Made by a program: the position numbers and the translations under genes | Notes under the pieces: model-generated | Seen by the model: the letters and a program-made list of their open reading frames with translations, nothing else | What the model was told of the DNA's origin: nothing | Databases searched by the model: none | In this document: positions 27,033 through 35,818 of the stretch, in pieces | Layout: every line of letters begins with the position of its first letter | How positions within the stretch are numbered: the stretch's first letter is position 1 | Assembly: GCA_016927565.1 (NCBI GenBank) | Contig: JAFGMK010000019.1 | Coordinates: forward strand, 1 to 57,242 | Length of the DNA stretch: 57,242 bases | Reading direction: 5' to 3' | Source: Minisyncoccota bacterium | Lineage (GTDB): Bacteria; Patescibacteriota; Microgenomatia; PFEM01; JAFGMK01

Positions 27033-27563
27033 ATGATGAAAAAATTAATCGCCGTTGCCGGTGGTGTGGCTATTTTAGCTACCGCCGTTATGCCGGTAAT
27101 GGCTTTCCGAGGTCGACGTCCAATGCCGCTAAGAGATGTTAATGATGTTGATGTAGTGGTTTATTCCCAATCAACTGCCAATACTGGTGGCAACACTCAA
27201 AGCAGCGAGGCTGAAGCTGAAGATGGCTGGATGCAAACCGCCCGCGCCGGTGGTTCTCAAACCATCGTCACCGGGAATGCTGATTCCGCTGCTATGGCCA
27301 GTGCTATGGTCAGCACCGACGCCAGTTGCCGTTGCCGCCGTGGTCGTGATTGCGACTGCGAGACCAGCAATGTCAATGATGTTGATGCGAATGTAGCCGC
27401 TGATTCTTGGGCTGATACCGGACTTAACCATCAGGAAAGAGAGGCGGAAGCCGAAGATGGTTGCGGGCAGACAGCCGGTGATCGGGGTCCCCAGAGGATC
27501 TTTACCGGTTGGGCCCATGACAGGGCCACCGCTTTTGCGGTAGTCGGGACTGATATTCGCTAA
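27033..27563 (+). CDS. secreted two-repeat protein (uncharacterised A-x-TG-x-N ... TG-x-A repeat family)
   Basis: Signal peptide. Two ~62-aa repeats, each starting VNDVD and containing TG.N.Q..EAEAEDG..QTA...TG.A. Cys/Arg cluster between them. Confidence 0.7.
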   Translation: MMKKLIAVAGGVAILATAVMPVMAFRGRRPMPLRDVNDVDVVVYSQSTANTGGNTQSSEAEAEDGWMQTARAGGSQTIVTGNADSAAMASAMVSTDASCRCRRGRDCDCETSNVNDVDANVAADSWADTGLNHQEREAEAEDGCGQTAGDRGPQRIFTGWAHDRATAFAVVGTDIR

Positions 27564-27575
27564 GAATTCAATTTA

Positions 27576-27597
27576 GGGGGCGCCGGCTGGTGCCCCC
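27576..27597 (+). terminator. GC-rich hairpin between the small and large repeat-protein genes (possible partial terminator)
   Basis: GGGGGCGCC-GGCT-GGTGCCCCC, a 9-bp stem with one G-U pair and no clear U tract. Confidence 0.35.
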
Positions 27598-27660
27598 TGG
27601 CCAGACCTTCTCTTTGCCAAAGCGGTGAAGGGTAAGTAAAAAATTAAAAAAAAGACAGGC

Positions 27661-30561
27661 ATGTTTTTAAAGAAGAAAAAAATCGAAATCAGGCTTTTGG
27701 GGCTTTTTTTAAGCTTTGCTTTAACCTTTAACCCCTTTATTGTTCCCATGGCTTTGGCCGGCGAGGAAGAAATTGAGATCGAAGAACCGACTGTCTCAGT
27801 CGGAGCCGAGTCTCAGGATGAGCCGGCAGAAACTGCTCCGGCTGACGGCGGACCCGTTCCGACTCAGACTGAAACTGAAACAGCCAGTGATTCCACCACT
27901 CAGACCGGTGATGCCCGGTCAAGCGCCCAGACCGAAACCGAGGTCAATGTTCAGCAAGATTGTCTTGAGGGCGGAGTTGATCAGCCAGAGGGGGTTTGCG
28001 ATTTGCCGGAACTTGATTTCGACTGCGGTGAATGCGGTTGCGGCGGCAACAATGACGCCGGTGTCGCCAATGAGGCTTCAGCTTCAGCTGATACCGGCGG
28101 AAATGCGGTCACCGGCAGTGAGGGAGAGGCCGATTTGACTACCGGTGATGCCACTGCCAGCGCTTCAGCCCAAAACACCGTTAATAAAAATACCTTCCTG
28201 ATAGAATCTCCTTTAGAAGCGACCGCCAGTGCTCAGGAGGCCAGCGGCAGCGCCTCAGAGGCGAGTTCGAGCGCCCGGCCGGAGGGAGAAACCGAAGAAG
28301 AGCGAACCGGCTGCGGTGAAGATGTCGATTCGGGCCCGGAAAATGAAATTATCAACCAGAATCAGGCCGCGGTGACTAATAATCTGACGGCTGAGGCCAA
28401 TACGGGTGCTAATCAGGCTGATGATAATCAGGGTGGGGCAACGGTCGAAACCGGCGATGCCCGGGCTCTGGCCAACTTGTTGAACTTCATCAATGCCAAT
28501 ATTGTCGGGTCGCAATTTGAAATTATGCTGGATAATTATCTTGACGGGTATGAGGGCGAGCTTGATTTGAATCAGATTTGGCAGGAGATGCTTGGCGAGG
28601 GGGGCGATTGGCAATTGATCGAAAAGGACGGCCGCTTCTTTTTGGTTTGGAATAACAATGTTGCCAGCTTGGTTAATGAGGTTAAGGTTGCCGCTTCAAC
28701 CGGCGGCAATCAGGCTGATGACAACGGCGGTGAAACGGCAATCACGACCGGCAGTGCTCAGGCTTTGGCTAATGTCGTTAATCTGGTTAACCTTAATTTA
28801 ATCGGCTCCCAATTCTTTTTAGGAGTTTTTAACATCCTGGGCGACTTTACCGGTGATTTGATTTTGCCGCGGCCGGAAAATTTCCTGCCGTCGGTCGGAG
28901 AAGCCGGCTCGACGGAAGGCGGAGTTGAATTTCTCAATCATAATCAAGCCGGAATCAGCAGCCGGGTTTCCGCGGAAGCAGATACCGGTCATAATCAGTC
29001 TGCCGGAAACGAGGGCTCAACTTTGACTACTACCGGCGGCGCCGTGGCCCGGACTAATGTTTTTGAATGGGTCAATACGAATGTTAGTCAGAATTACTGG
29101 TTTACAACAGTAGTAAATCATCTTGGTTCCTGGTTCGGCGGCACTTTGAACTGGTCGGCTCCGGGTTCCTGGAATCCGGGCGACGACAATCTGATGACTG
29201 CTTACCAGATTATTCCTTCTCCTTCTCCGGAAGAGGCTGAAACAGCCGCTGATTCGGGGGCGGTAGTCAATCAAAATCAGGCGACTGTTGAAACTAAAAT
29301 TGATGTATCCGCCGCCACCGGCGGCAATCAGGCTGATGACAATCAGGGCGAAGCGGTGATAAAAACCGGCAGCGCCCGGGCTTTGGCTAATCTTTTTGAT
29401 CTGGTAAATTTTAATTTTTTAGGCGGCCGGTCATTTTTAGGGCTGATTAACATTCTGGGCAATTGGCGGGGAAATGTTGTTTTTGCCTATCCCGATGTTG
29501 TTGTTTCTTTGACTAACGGCTTAGGCGAGGTTCAGGTTGGGGAAATGACCAGTTTTACCGTCAGTTACCGGAATCAGGGCTATGACCTGGCGGAATTTGT
29601 TTGGGCCCAGCTTCAGTTTCCTCCCGGAATAGCTTATGTCAGTGATACCAGCGGGATGAGTCCGAATATTAACGGCCAAGACTGGTCCTGGTTTCTGGGT
29701 GATCTGGAAAGAGGTGAATCAGGCCAGTTTAAGGTGACGGTTCGAGTTGAGCCTGACTATAACCCAGTGGCGACGCTTGGTTTTTGGCAGGGTTTTAAAA
29801 ACATTTTTAGTTCCCGGGTTTATGCCGCTGAGCCGAGACGGGAATACCCTCTGATTGTCAATGCCGCCATTGCCACTCCGGACCCGGAGTCCAATCTTGA
29901 AAATAATCTTGCTTCGGTCCGGACAATTGTTTTTTATCCTGAAGAAACGCCCGAATTGGTTGAAGAAGAAAAAGATGCCGGAGGAATTGATCCCCGCCTG
30001 CCTGTTTTGAAAATCAGCGGCTGGAATAATGTGGCTGAATTTGTTTATCCCGGAGATACGGTTACTTTTGAAATCGAAATTAAAAATACCGCCGATGTGC
30101 CCTCCCTGGAAACCATCGTTTATCAGGAGCTTTATAACGGTGTCCCGGACAAGGGTTTCGGTTCTGCCGCTTTTGATATCGGCACTGTCGAGCCGGGCGG
30201 CAAGCTGATTCTTTCTTTCGGCCTTCAATTGGCTGATGACGGGATATTGCCTGCTGGTTTTTATCATACTGAGGCTCAAGCTTACGGCTTTGGTCCGGGA
30301 GGAGAGGAAATTGCCTCAAACATCACCCGAACCGATTTTGCGATTCAATGGAAAGAGATTGCTCCTTTATTTGAAGCCCGGGCCAGCGGCAGGGAAGAAG
30401 AAATTCTGGGATTGATTGATCAGGCGGAGTGTTTGCCGGAAAAGGAAAGTATTTTGCCTTATCTTTTAAGCCTGCTGGTATCTTCTTTCTGGTTAGTCGA
30501 AAAGTCACGTCAGAAAATTGCTCTCCTGCGCCAACCAGCGGATGACTCTGTCCAAAATTAG
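27661..30561 (+). CDS. large secreted repeat protein with CARDB/DUF11-like domains and a C-terminal TM anchor
   Basis: Signal peptide and acidic linker. Four clear repeats plus one degenerate repeat of 60-75 aa: N.N.A.V...A.TGGNQADDN.G.A...TG.A.ALAN...L.N.N..G. Two Ig-like segments (EVQVGEMTSFTVSYRN; YPGDTVTFEIEIKN). Hydrophobic tail plus KSRQK. Confidence 0.8.
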   Translation: MFLKKKKIEIRLLGLFLSFALTFNPFIVPMALAGEEEIEIEEPTVSVGAESQDEPAETAPADGGPVPTQTETETASDSTTQTGDARSSAQTETEVNVQQDCLEGGVDQPEGVCDLPELDFDCGECGCGGNNDAGVANEASASADTGGNAVTGSEGEADLTTGDATASASAQNTVNKNTFLIESPLEATASAQEASGSASEASSSARPEGETEEERTGCGEDVDSGPENEIINQNQAAVTNNLTAEANTGANQADDNQGGATVETGDARALANLLNFINANIVGSQFEIMLDNYLDGYEGELDLNQIWQEMLGEGGDWQLIEKDGRFFLVWNNNVASLVNEVKVAASTGGNQADDNGGETAITTGSAQALANVVNLVNLNLIGSQFFLGVFNILGDFTGDLILPRPENFLPSVGEAGSTEGGVEFLNHNQAGISSRVSAEADTGHNQSAGNEGSTLTTTGGAVARTNVFEWVNTNVSQNYWFTTVVNHLGSWFGGTLNWSAPGSWNPGDDNLMTAYQIIPSPSPEEAETAADSGAVVNQNQATVETKIDVSAATGGNQADDNQGEAVIKTGSARALANLFDLVNFNFLGGRSFLGLINILGNWRGNVVFAYPDVVVSLTNGLGEVQVGEMTSFTVSYRNQGYDLAEFVWAQLQFPPGIAYVSDTSGMSPNINGQDWSWFLGDLERGESGQFKVTVRVEPDYNPVATLGFWQGFKNIFSSRVYAAEPRREYPLIVNAAIATPDPESNLENNLASVRTIVFYPEETPELVEEEKDAGGIDPRLPVLKISGWNNVAEFVYPGDTVTFEIEIKNTADVPSLETIVYQELYNGVPDKGFGSAAFDIGTVEPGGKLILSFGLQLADDGILPAGFYHTEAQAYGFGPGGEEIASNITRTDFAIQWKEIAPLFEARASGREEEILGLIDQAECLPEKESILPYLLSLLVSSFWLVEKSRQKIALLRQPADDSVQN

Positions 30562-30608
30562 TTTTGATAAAAAAAGAGGCATTCCGTTCTGCTCCGGAAT
30601 GAAAAAAG

Positions 30609-31493
30609 GTGACCAAAAAAATTTTTAATCTGCTCCTGTTTCTTTTTGTTTTGGGAGTTTTTGGCTTTTCCCTTTACAAGGTTTTAACCATCAGCCGGGT
30701 AATCACTCCGGTTTTTGGAGCCCGCCGGCGGGTGGAATGTGCCGGCGATCTTTGCCAATGGTTTGATAATTGGTGTCTTTGTGATTGGTGCGGTAACAAG
30801 TGGTGTGACCCGGGCTGTCCTTGTCCTCTGCCCGAACCGACACCGACGCCCCCGGCCGGACCGACGCCAACCGGGATTGAACCGACTGTCGCTCCGGTGG
30901 CAACTGCGACTCCTGCTCAACCGACACCGACTGACTCGTTTCCCCTGCCGGCGGAACCGACGCCTGTCCCTCAACAGACAGCGACGCCGGCTCCGGCGAC
31001 CGATTCACCGTCCTCTTCCGGCGGAGTCGGCGGTTCCGGCGATGATCCGGGGACGCCGCCGCACTGCGGTGCTGCTGTTCCCGGGGCACCGGTTTTACTA
31101 AGTGTTACGCCGGCTGATGATGTCGAATTAATCTGGACCGAGGTCAGCCCGGCGACTCATTACAGCATTGTTTACGGGTTGGAAAGCGGCCAATGGCTTT
31201 ACGGAGTGGCAAATACCGGCCGGACAACTAATTTTGTTGTCGACGGCCTGGCGCCGGAAACAGAGTATTGTTTTGCGGTCCGGGCAGTCAACGACTGCGC
31301 TCCGGGACCGCTTTCCAATGTCATTTGCACCGGCCAAGCAGGCGGGGCTTCGCGGGGCCGGGTTCTGGGGGCGACCAGCTTAGCCGGCACCGGCTTTAAC
31401 TGGCGTTTTATTGGTCTGGGAGTTTATACTTTAGGTTGTTTATGTCTCAGTCTGGCGATCAGATTCAGAAAAATCAGCTCAAGCGCAGCTTGA
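30609..31493 (+). CDS. FN3-domain surface protein with LAGTG sorting signal
   Basis: GTG start, TM/signal, Cys-rich segment, Pro/Thr linker, FN3-like domain. LAGTG (31380-31394) followed by an 18-residue hydrophobic stretch and RFRK. Confidence 0.75.
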   Translation: MTKKIFNLLLFLFVLGVFGFSLYKVLTISRVITPVFGARRRVECAGDLCQWFDNWCLCDWCGNKWCDPGCPCPLPEPTPTPPAGPTPTGIEPTVAPVATATPAQPTPTDSFPLPAEPTPVPQQTATPAPATDSPSSSGGVGGSGDDPGTPPHCGAAVPGAPVLLSVTPADDVELIWTEVSPATHYSIVYGLESGQWLYGVANTGRTTNFVVDGLAPETEYCFAVRAVNDCAPGPLSNVICTGQAGGASRGRVLGATSLAGTGFNWRFIGLGVYTLGCLCLSLAIRFRKISSSAA

Positions 31494-32020
31494 ATTTTAA
31501 GCTGATTAGCCAAAAATTTTTCTGGGCGGGAATTATCTTACTAGCGGTTTCTGCCTCGTTCTTAACTTCTTTGCCTCCCTCAGTTGGTTTTTCTCGGCCT
31601 CCGGAATTAGTCGTTGATCCGGTTTTGCTTTTGCCTGAGAAGATTAAGATCGCCTCGGCAGGGATTGATTTGCCGGTGGAGCCGGTAACAGTTAAAGGCA
31701 ACAACTGGCCTCTTTTTGACGAGGCGGCCTCTTATCTGGCCGGGTCAGGCCGGCCTGGTGAAAAAGGAAACATGATTATCTACGCTCATAACCGGTCCGG
31801 GCTCTTCGGCAATTTGAAAAGAGTCGGAGAGGGAGACCTGATCGAAATCGAAGACGGATCGGCCAATCGCTATCTTTATCAGGTGGCTGATTTATTTACA
31901 ATCAACCCTGACCAGGTCGGCATTTTATCCTTCAGTGAGGAATCGATTCTTACTCTTTACACTTGCACCGGCTGGTTTGACCGGCAGCGGCTGGTGATCA
32001 GGGCCAGGTTGAAAAATTAA
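31442..32020 (+). CDS. sortase (transpeptidase)
   Basis: N-terminal TM, IIYAHN (His), TLYTC (Cys), RLVIRA (Arg). Confidence 0.85.
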   Translation: MSQSGDQIQKNQLKRSLNFKLISQKFFWAGIILLAVSASFLTSLPPSVGFSRPPELVVDPVLLLPEKIKIASAGIDLPVEPVTVKGNNWPLFDEAASYLAGSGRPGEKGNMIIYAHNRSGLFGNLKRVGEGDLIEIEDGSANRYLYQVADLFTINPDQVGILSFSEESILTLYTCTGWFDRQRLVIRARLKN

Positions 32021-32067
32021 TTTTTTTCAACTTGCTTTGATTCTAAGGCTTTCTTATAATAAAAGAG

Positions 32068-32979
32068 ATGGAATTTTCTGCTGCTCGCTTAAATCATTAT
32101 TTTGTTCCTTCTCTTTCCAATAACCATCGGGCTCGATTTCTGCACCCGCCAATCCTTTCTTTGCTGGTGGCTCTTTTTTTAACCAGCCAGTTTTTTTTAA
32201 ACTATTTTGGTTTCTTCTTCCCTCGGGTTTTGGGTTATGCGGCCAATATCAGTCCGGATAGACTGATTGAGTTGACTAACCGGGAAAGAGCAACCAGGGG
32301 ATTAGCGCCTCTGGAAAATAATTCGCTTTTGAATGAGGCGGCACGGCGTAAAGCCGGCGATATGTTCAGTCTTGATTATTGGGCGCATTTTTCGCCTACC
32401 GGCCGTTCTCCCTGGGCTTTTTTTAAAGAAACCGGTTATCATTATTTATTTGCCGGGGAAAACTTGGCCCGGGATTTTAATGATTCGGAATCAGTGGTAG
32501 CGGCATGGATGGAGTCTCCCAGCCATCGGGACAATATTTTAGGCCAAGATTACGAAGAAATCGGCATCGCTGTTGTCGATGGCCAATTGGAGGGTTTGGA
32601 AACGACTCTCATTGTTCAGCTTTTCGGTTCGCCTCTTTCCGACTCATCGGTTTCGGTGGAGGCCAAAGAGGCTCGTCAGTCTTTGATTGGTCCGGTTTTG
32701 GCCAGCGGCCAGGCTACCAGTTCGGCCGAAGCGATTCATCCGGCAACCGCCGGAATTCAGGAGAAGAGGGCTCTGCCTTCCTTGTTTAATCCCTTCTCCC
32801 TGACCAAGACGATGGTTATTTTTTTAATTAGTCTGATTTTGGGGATTTTACTGCTGGATCTTGTTTTGGTGGCTCAAAAAAGATTGGTTCGTTTGGGAGG
32901 GAGAAGTCTGGCCCATTTGACTTTTCTATTGTTTATTCTTTTGGCTATTTTAAGCACCCAGCCGGGCTTGATTCTGTGA
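32068..32979 (+). CDS. CAP/SCP-domain (YkwD-like) protein with C-terminal TM segments
   Basis: NRERATRGL.PL..N..L..AA..KA.DM, GENLA and W..SPSHR.NIL motifs. Confidence 0.8.
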   Translation: MEFSAARLNHYFVPSLSNNHRARFLHPPILSLLVALFLTSQFFLNYFGFFFPRVLGYAANISPDRLIELTNRERATRGLAPLENNSLLNEAARRKAGDMFSLDYWAHFSPTGRSPWAFFKETGYHYLFAGENLARDFNDSESVVAAWMESPSHRDNILGQDYEEIGIAVVDGQLEGLETTLIVQLFGSPLSDSSVSVEAKEARQSLIGPVLASGQATSSAEAIHPATAGIQEKRALPSLFNPFSLTKTMVIFLISLILGILLLDLVLVAQKRLVRLGGRSLAHLTFLLFILLAILSTQPGLIL

Positions 32980-33009
32980 AATTTTTAGCCGGATCAGCAA
33001 TGGATAAAA

Positions 33010-33270
33010 ATGATTAATCTCAAAGAAGATTATAAAGACTATCTGGCTCTTTTATCTATCTTAACCTTTGGTTTGCTGGCTTTTGTCTGGTTTGGCTACG
33101 ACCGCACCTTTCAGTCCGTAGTGATTATTATTCTGGCTGCAGCTTATGTTTTCTGGGGTGCGGCTCACCACCTCCTCAAGGGAGATTTTCATTTTAGGGT
33201 TTTGTTGGAATACTTGGCGGTGGCTTTTTTCGGAACCGGTCTGGTTTTGATCTTGTTAGGCAGAGCCTGA
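33010..33270 (+). CDS. small membrane protein
   Basis: Three hydrophobic helices, 86 aa. Confidence 0.55.
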   Translation: MINLKEDYKDYLALLSILTFGLLAFVWFGYDRTFQSVVIIILAAAYVFWGAAHHLLKGDFHFRVLLEYLAVAFFGTGLVLILLGRA

Positions 33271-33305
33271 TTTTTCCAAAAACCGGTTGGTTTTCAACTT
33301 TGCCC

Positions 33306-34589
33306 TTAACCCAGCCAGCGATATCCCCGGCCGCGGATTGTTTGGATTAGAGAAGCGGCTATCCCCAGCCTGGCGAGTTTTTTTCTTAGATTGGAAATTG
33401 CCTGATCGATTGCCCAGTCGGAGTATTTATCATAGTATTCCTTTCCCCAAAGGCTTTGAGCAACTGTGTCTCGGGAATGAACAATCAGAGGTTTTCGGGT
33501 AAAGAGAGCCAGAAGCTGAATTTCCTGGAGAGTGAATTTAATCGGGGTCGGTAAGTTATTTATCAGGATTTGGTGTTTTCGGTCGTCAAAAGAGATCAGG
33601 TTTAACTTGCTTTTTTTGTTTTTGATGAATTGAGAAAATAAAGGTGAAAAAATAACCGCCTTTTTGTTTTTGAAAATTACCAGGTTAAAGTTCAGCAATC
33701 TCTGGGGTATGTCTTGTCGGCTGAGGGGAGCTTTATTAGTCAAACCGCGAAGAGCCTGTTTTTCTTTTTTGGTCAGATTTTGCCAAAGGTCTTCCAGGAT
33801 CATTTGGATTTCGGCTTCCTTCAGAAAAAGAGAATTCTCTTTGCTTCCGGCCTGAAGGGGATTTTTATTAAAAATTCGGGCTAAAGATTTTAAAAGATAA
33901 GGGTGGCCGCCGGCCAGTTCAAAAATGATTTTTTTCTTTTCAGCAGAGAGCTGATAATGATAGCGCCGGCAGATTCGGGTGAGGACATGCCGGCTTTCCT
34001 GAAGATCGAGAAGGGGGAAAAAAATGATGTTCTGGCATATTACCTCTCTTAGCTGGCCGTATTTTTGCTGTTTTCGCAGAAATGAGGCGGGAGTGGTGAC
34101 AGTAAAAATAAAATGGAGCCGGGTTTTGTCAATTTCCCAGAGTCTTTTAAGATTATTGAAAAAAACTGCCGGCATTTTTAATTCGTCCAATTTATTAATG
34201 ATCAGAATCAGGTGGTATTCAGCCTTAACCAGCTTTTCCAAAGTTTCTTTTAAAGTTGTCAGAGGATTCCGTTTCTTTGATTTTAGTTTTGTTTTCTTTA
34301 AAATAACGACCTTTTTTTCCTCCAGACAATTAAGAATCAGCCTAAAAAAATAAGCCGGACTTTCCCGGGCCAGTTCGTCATGATCAATAAAACAGCAGAG
34401 GGATTTGCCGAGCTTTAAAAAAGCCGGTCTGCGGCTTTTTCGGGAAAAGTACTTCATCAGGGTTTTTTTGCCGCCATGGGGAATAAAGCAGATGGTGAGG
34501 CTTTCGCCTAGAAGGAGATTTTTTAAAATCAACTCGTTAAAGAAATGTTTTTCCCCGGCCGGGCTTAAAGGAGGAGGTAGTTTTTTCAT
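33306..34589 (-). CDS. P-loop ATPase fused to a C-terminal OmpR/PhoB-type winged-helix DNA-binding domain
   Basis: Walker A-like PHGGKKT and Walker B-like LILIINKLDE. The C-terminus (LTLQEIQLL..., WAIDQAISNLRKKL, IQTIRGRGYRW) is typical of Trans_reg_C. Confidence 0.75.
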   Translation of the reverse strand: MKKLPPPLSPAGEKHFFNELILKNLLLGESLTICFIPHGGKKTLMKYFSRKSRRPAFLKLGKSLCCFIDHDELARESPAYFFRLILNCLEEKKVVILKKTKLKSKKRNPLTTLKETLEKLVKAEYHLILIINKLDELKMPAVFFNNLKRLWEIDKTRLHFIFTVTTPASFLRKQQKYGQLREVICQNIIFFPLLDLQESRHVLTRICRRYHYQLSAEKKKIIFELAGGHPYLLKSLARIFNKNPLQAGSKENSLFLKEAEIQMILEDLWQNLTKKEKQALRGLTNKAPLSRQDIPQRLLNFNLVIFKNKKAVIFSPLFSQFIKNKKSKLNLISFDDRKHQILINNLPTPIKFTLQEIQLLALFTRKPLIVHSRDTVAQSLWGKEYYDKYSDWAIDQAISNLRKKLARLGIAASLIQTIRGRGYRWLG

Positions 34590-34721
34590 TGCCAGTTTTC
34601 TCAGATTTCTCAGGTTTGATTATATCACAATTACTAGATTATTTCAGTTTGATCTCAAGCGAGTCCGGATTGTCAGCAATTAAAATTGTTTTAAAGATTA
34701 AAAAAGAAAGGGGGTGCTCAA

Positions 34722-34928
34722 TTGAATCCAGAAGGGCAAATCGAGAATTTTGGGCTGGCCGATTGTTTTAAACTGATAGAATATTATCAGCAAAATCCGG
34801 ATGACTGGCTTGCTTTATCAGAAGACCTCCGGGAATTGCTTTTCGGAGCTGCTCTGGAATTATTTTCAAGAACTAATTGGGAAATAAACCGGCTTGAAAG
34901 AAAATCCCGGGAAAGATTTCCCGGCTAA
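34722..34928 (+). CDS. hypothetical small protein
   Basis: TTG start with AAAGGGGG RBS; divergent from the ATPase-wHTH gene. Confidence 0.4.
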   Translation: MNPEGQIENFGLADCFKLIEYYQQNPDDWLALSEDLRELLFGAALELFSRTNWEINRLERKSRERFPG

Positions 34929-34988
34929 TTTGTTGGCGATTGGAAATTGCCTTTACCGGACCTTAATGAATTATGGCTGAGCCGGTAT

Positions 34989-35027
34989 CGGCGGATTTGA
35001 TATCCCGAACCTGCCGGGGTTGTTTTT
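34989..35027 (+). terminator. candidate intrinsic terminator
   Basis: CGGCGG ... CTGCCG stem followed by GGTTGTTTTT. Confidence 0.35.
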
Positions 35028-35139
35028 GAAGAAGCGATCGGTTTTTTTGTCAGCGGTTTTTGGTCGAGGATGGTTTTCGCCCAGAAATTTTGTTAAAATG
35101 ATTTTGATAACTTTTAGCCAAAGGAGGTGAAGGGAAAAG

Positions 35140-35739
35140 ATGAAAAAAATTTTACTCATTTTAATCGGGGCGGCGGCTTTTGCCGGATTGAGTTTAGCCG
35201 GGCTTTATAATAGTTTAGTTTCGCGGGCCCAGGGAGTCGAGAATCAATGGGCTCAAGTGGAGACTCAATATCAACGCCGGCTGGATTTAATTCCGAACCT
35301 GGTTAATTCGGTTGAGGGAATTATGAAACAGGAGCAGACGGTTTTCGGCTTGATTGCTGAAGCCAGGACCCGCTACTCTGGTGCCCAAACGGCTGACGAA
35401 AAAGCTCTGGCGGCGACTCAGATTGAATCGGCCTTGAGCCGCTTGTTGGTGGTAATGGAAAATTACCCTGAAATAAAATCCAGCGAGAATGTTACTGGCT
35501 TAATGGATGAATTAGCTGGGACCGAAAACCGAATTTCAGTTGAGCGGCGGCGTTATAACGACTTGGTTCGGGATTATAATACGGCCATTAAAAAATTTCC
35601 CGCTAATCTGATTGTCGGTTTCTTTGGCTTTGGCGAGCGGGCTTACTTTGAGGCTGCTCAGGGGGCGGAAATTGTCCCTGAGGTTGAGATAAATACAGGA
35701 GATTCCGACGGTTCGGGGCATTCGGATGTTTTTCTTTAA
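35140..35739 (+). CDS. lemA: LemA-family protein
   Basis: N-terminal TM; NQWAQVETQYQRRLDLIPNLV and RRYNDLVRDYN..KKFP motifs. Confidence 0.9.
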   Translation: MKKILLILIGAAAFAGLSLAGLYNSLVSRAQGVENQWAQVETQYQRRLDLIPNLVNSVEGIMKQEQTVFGLIAEARTRYSGAQTADEKALAATQIESALSRLLVVMENYPEIKSSENVTGLMDELAGTENRISVERRRYNDLVRDYNTAIKKFPANLIVGFFGFGERAYFEAAQGAEIVPEVEINTGDSDGSGHSDVFL

Positions 35740-35818
35740 GAGAGATAAACCTAGGCCATTTCACTTTTAAGGTGTCTGGATATTCCGCCTTGAAAGTGTT
35801 TGCAAGGAGAGTTTTCTG

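Noticed and set aside
28040-29500. Internal DNA repeats (ACCGGCGGCAATCAGGCTGATGACAA...) as possible diversity-generating retroelement TR/VR pairs
   Set aside because: The copies are diverged protein repeats inside one ORF. Substitutions are not adenine-specific, and there is no reverse transcriptase in the window.
27171-31390. Many antisense or overlapping ORFs of 60-190 aa in the ORF track (for example 27171-27518, 28255-28614, 29719-30279, 30703-31089)
   Set aside because: These are shadow ORFs in a locally GC-rich, repeat-encoding region. They have Arg/Ser/Pro-heavy composition and no RBS, and they are fully contained in well-supported plus-strand genes.
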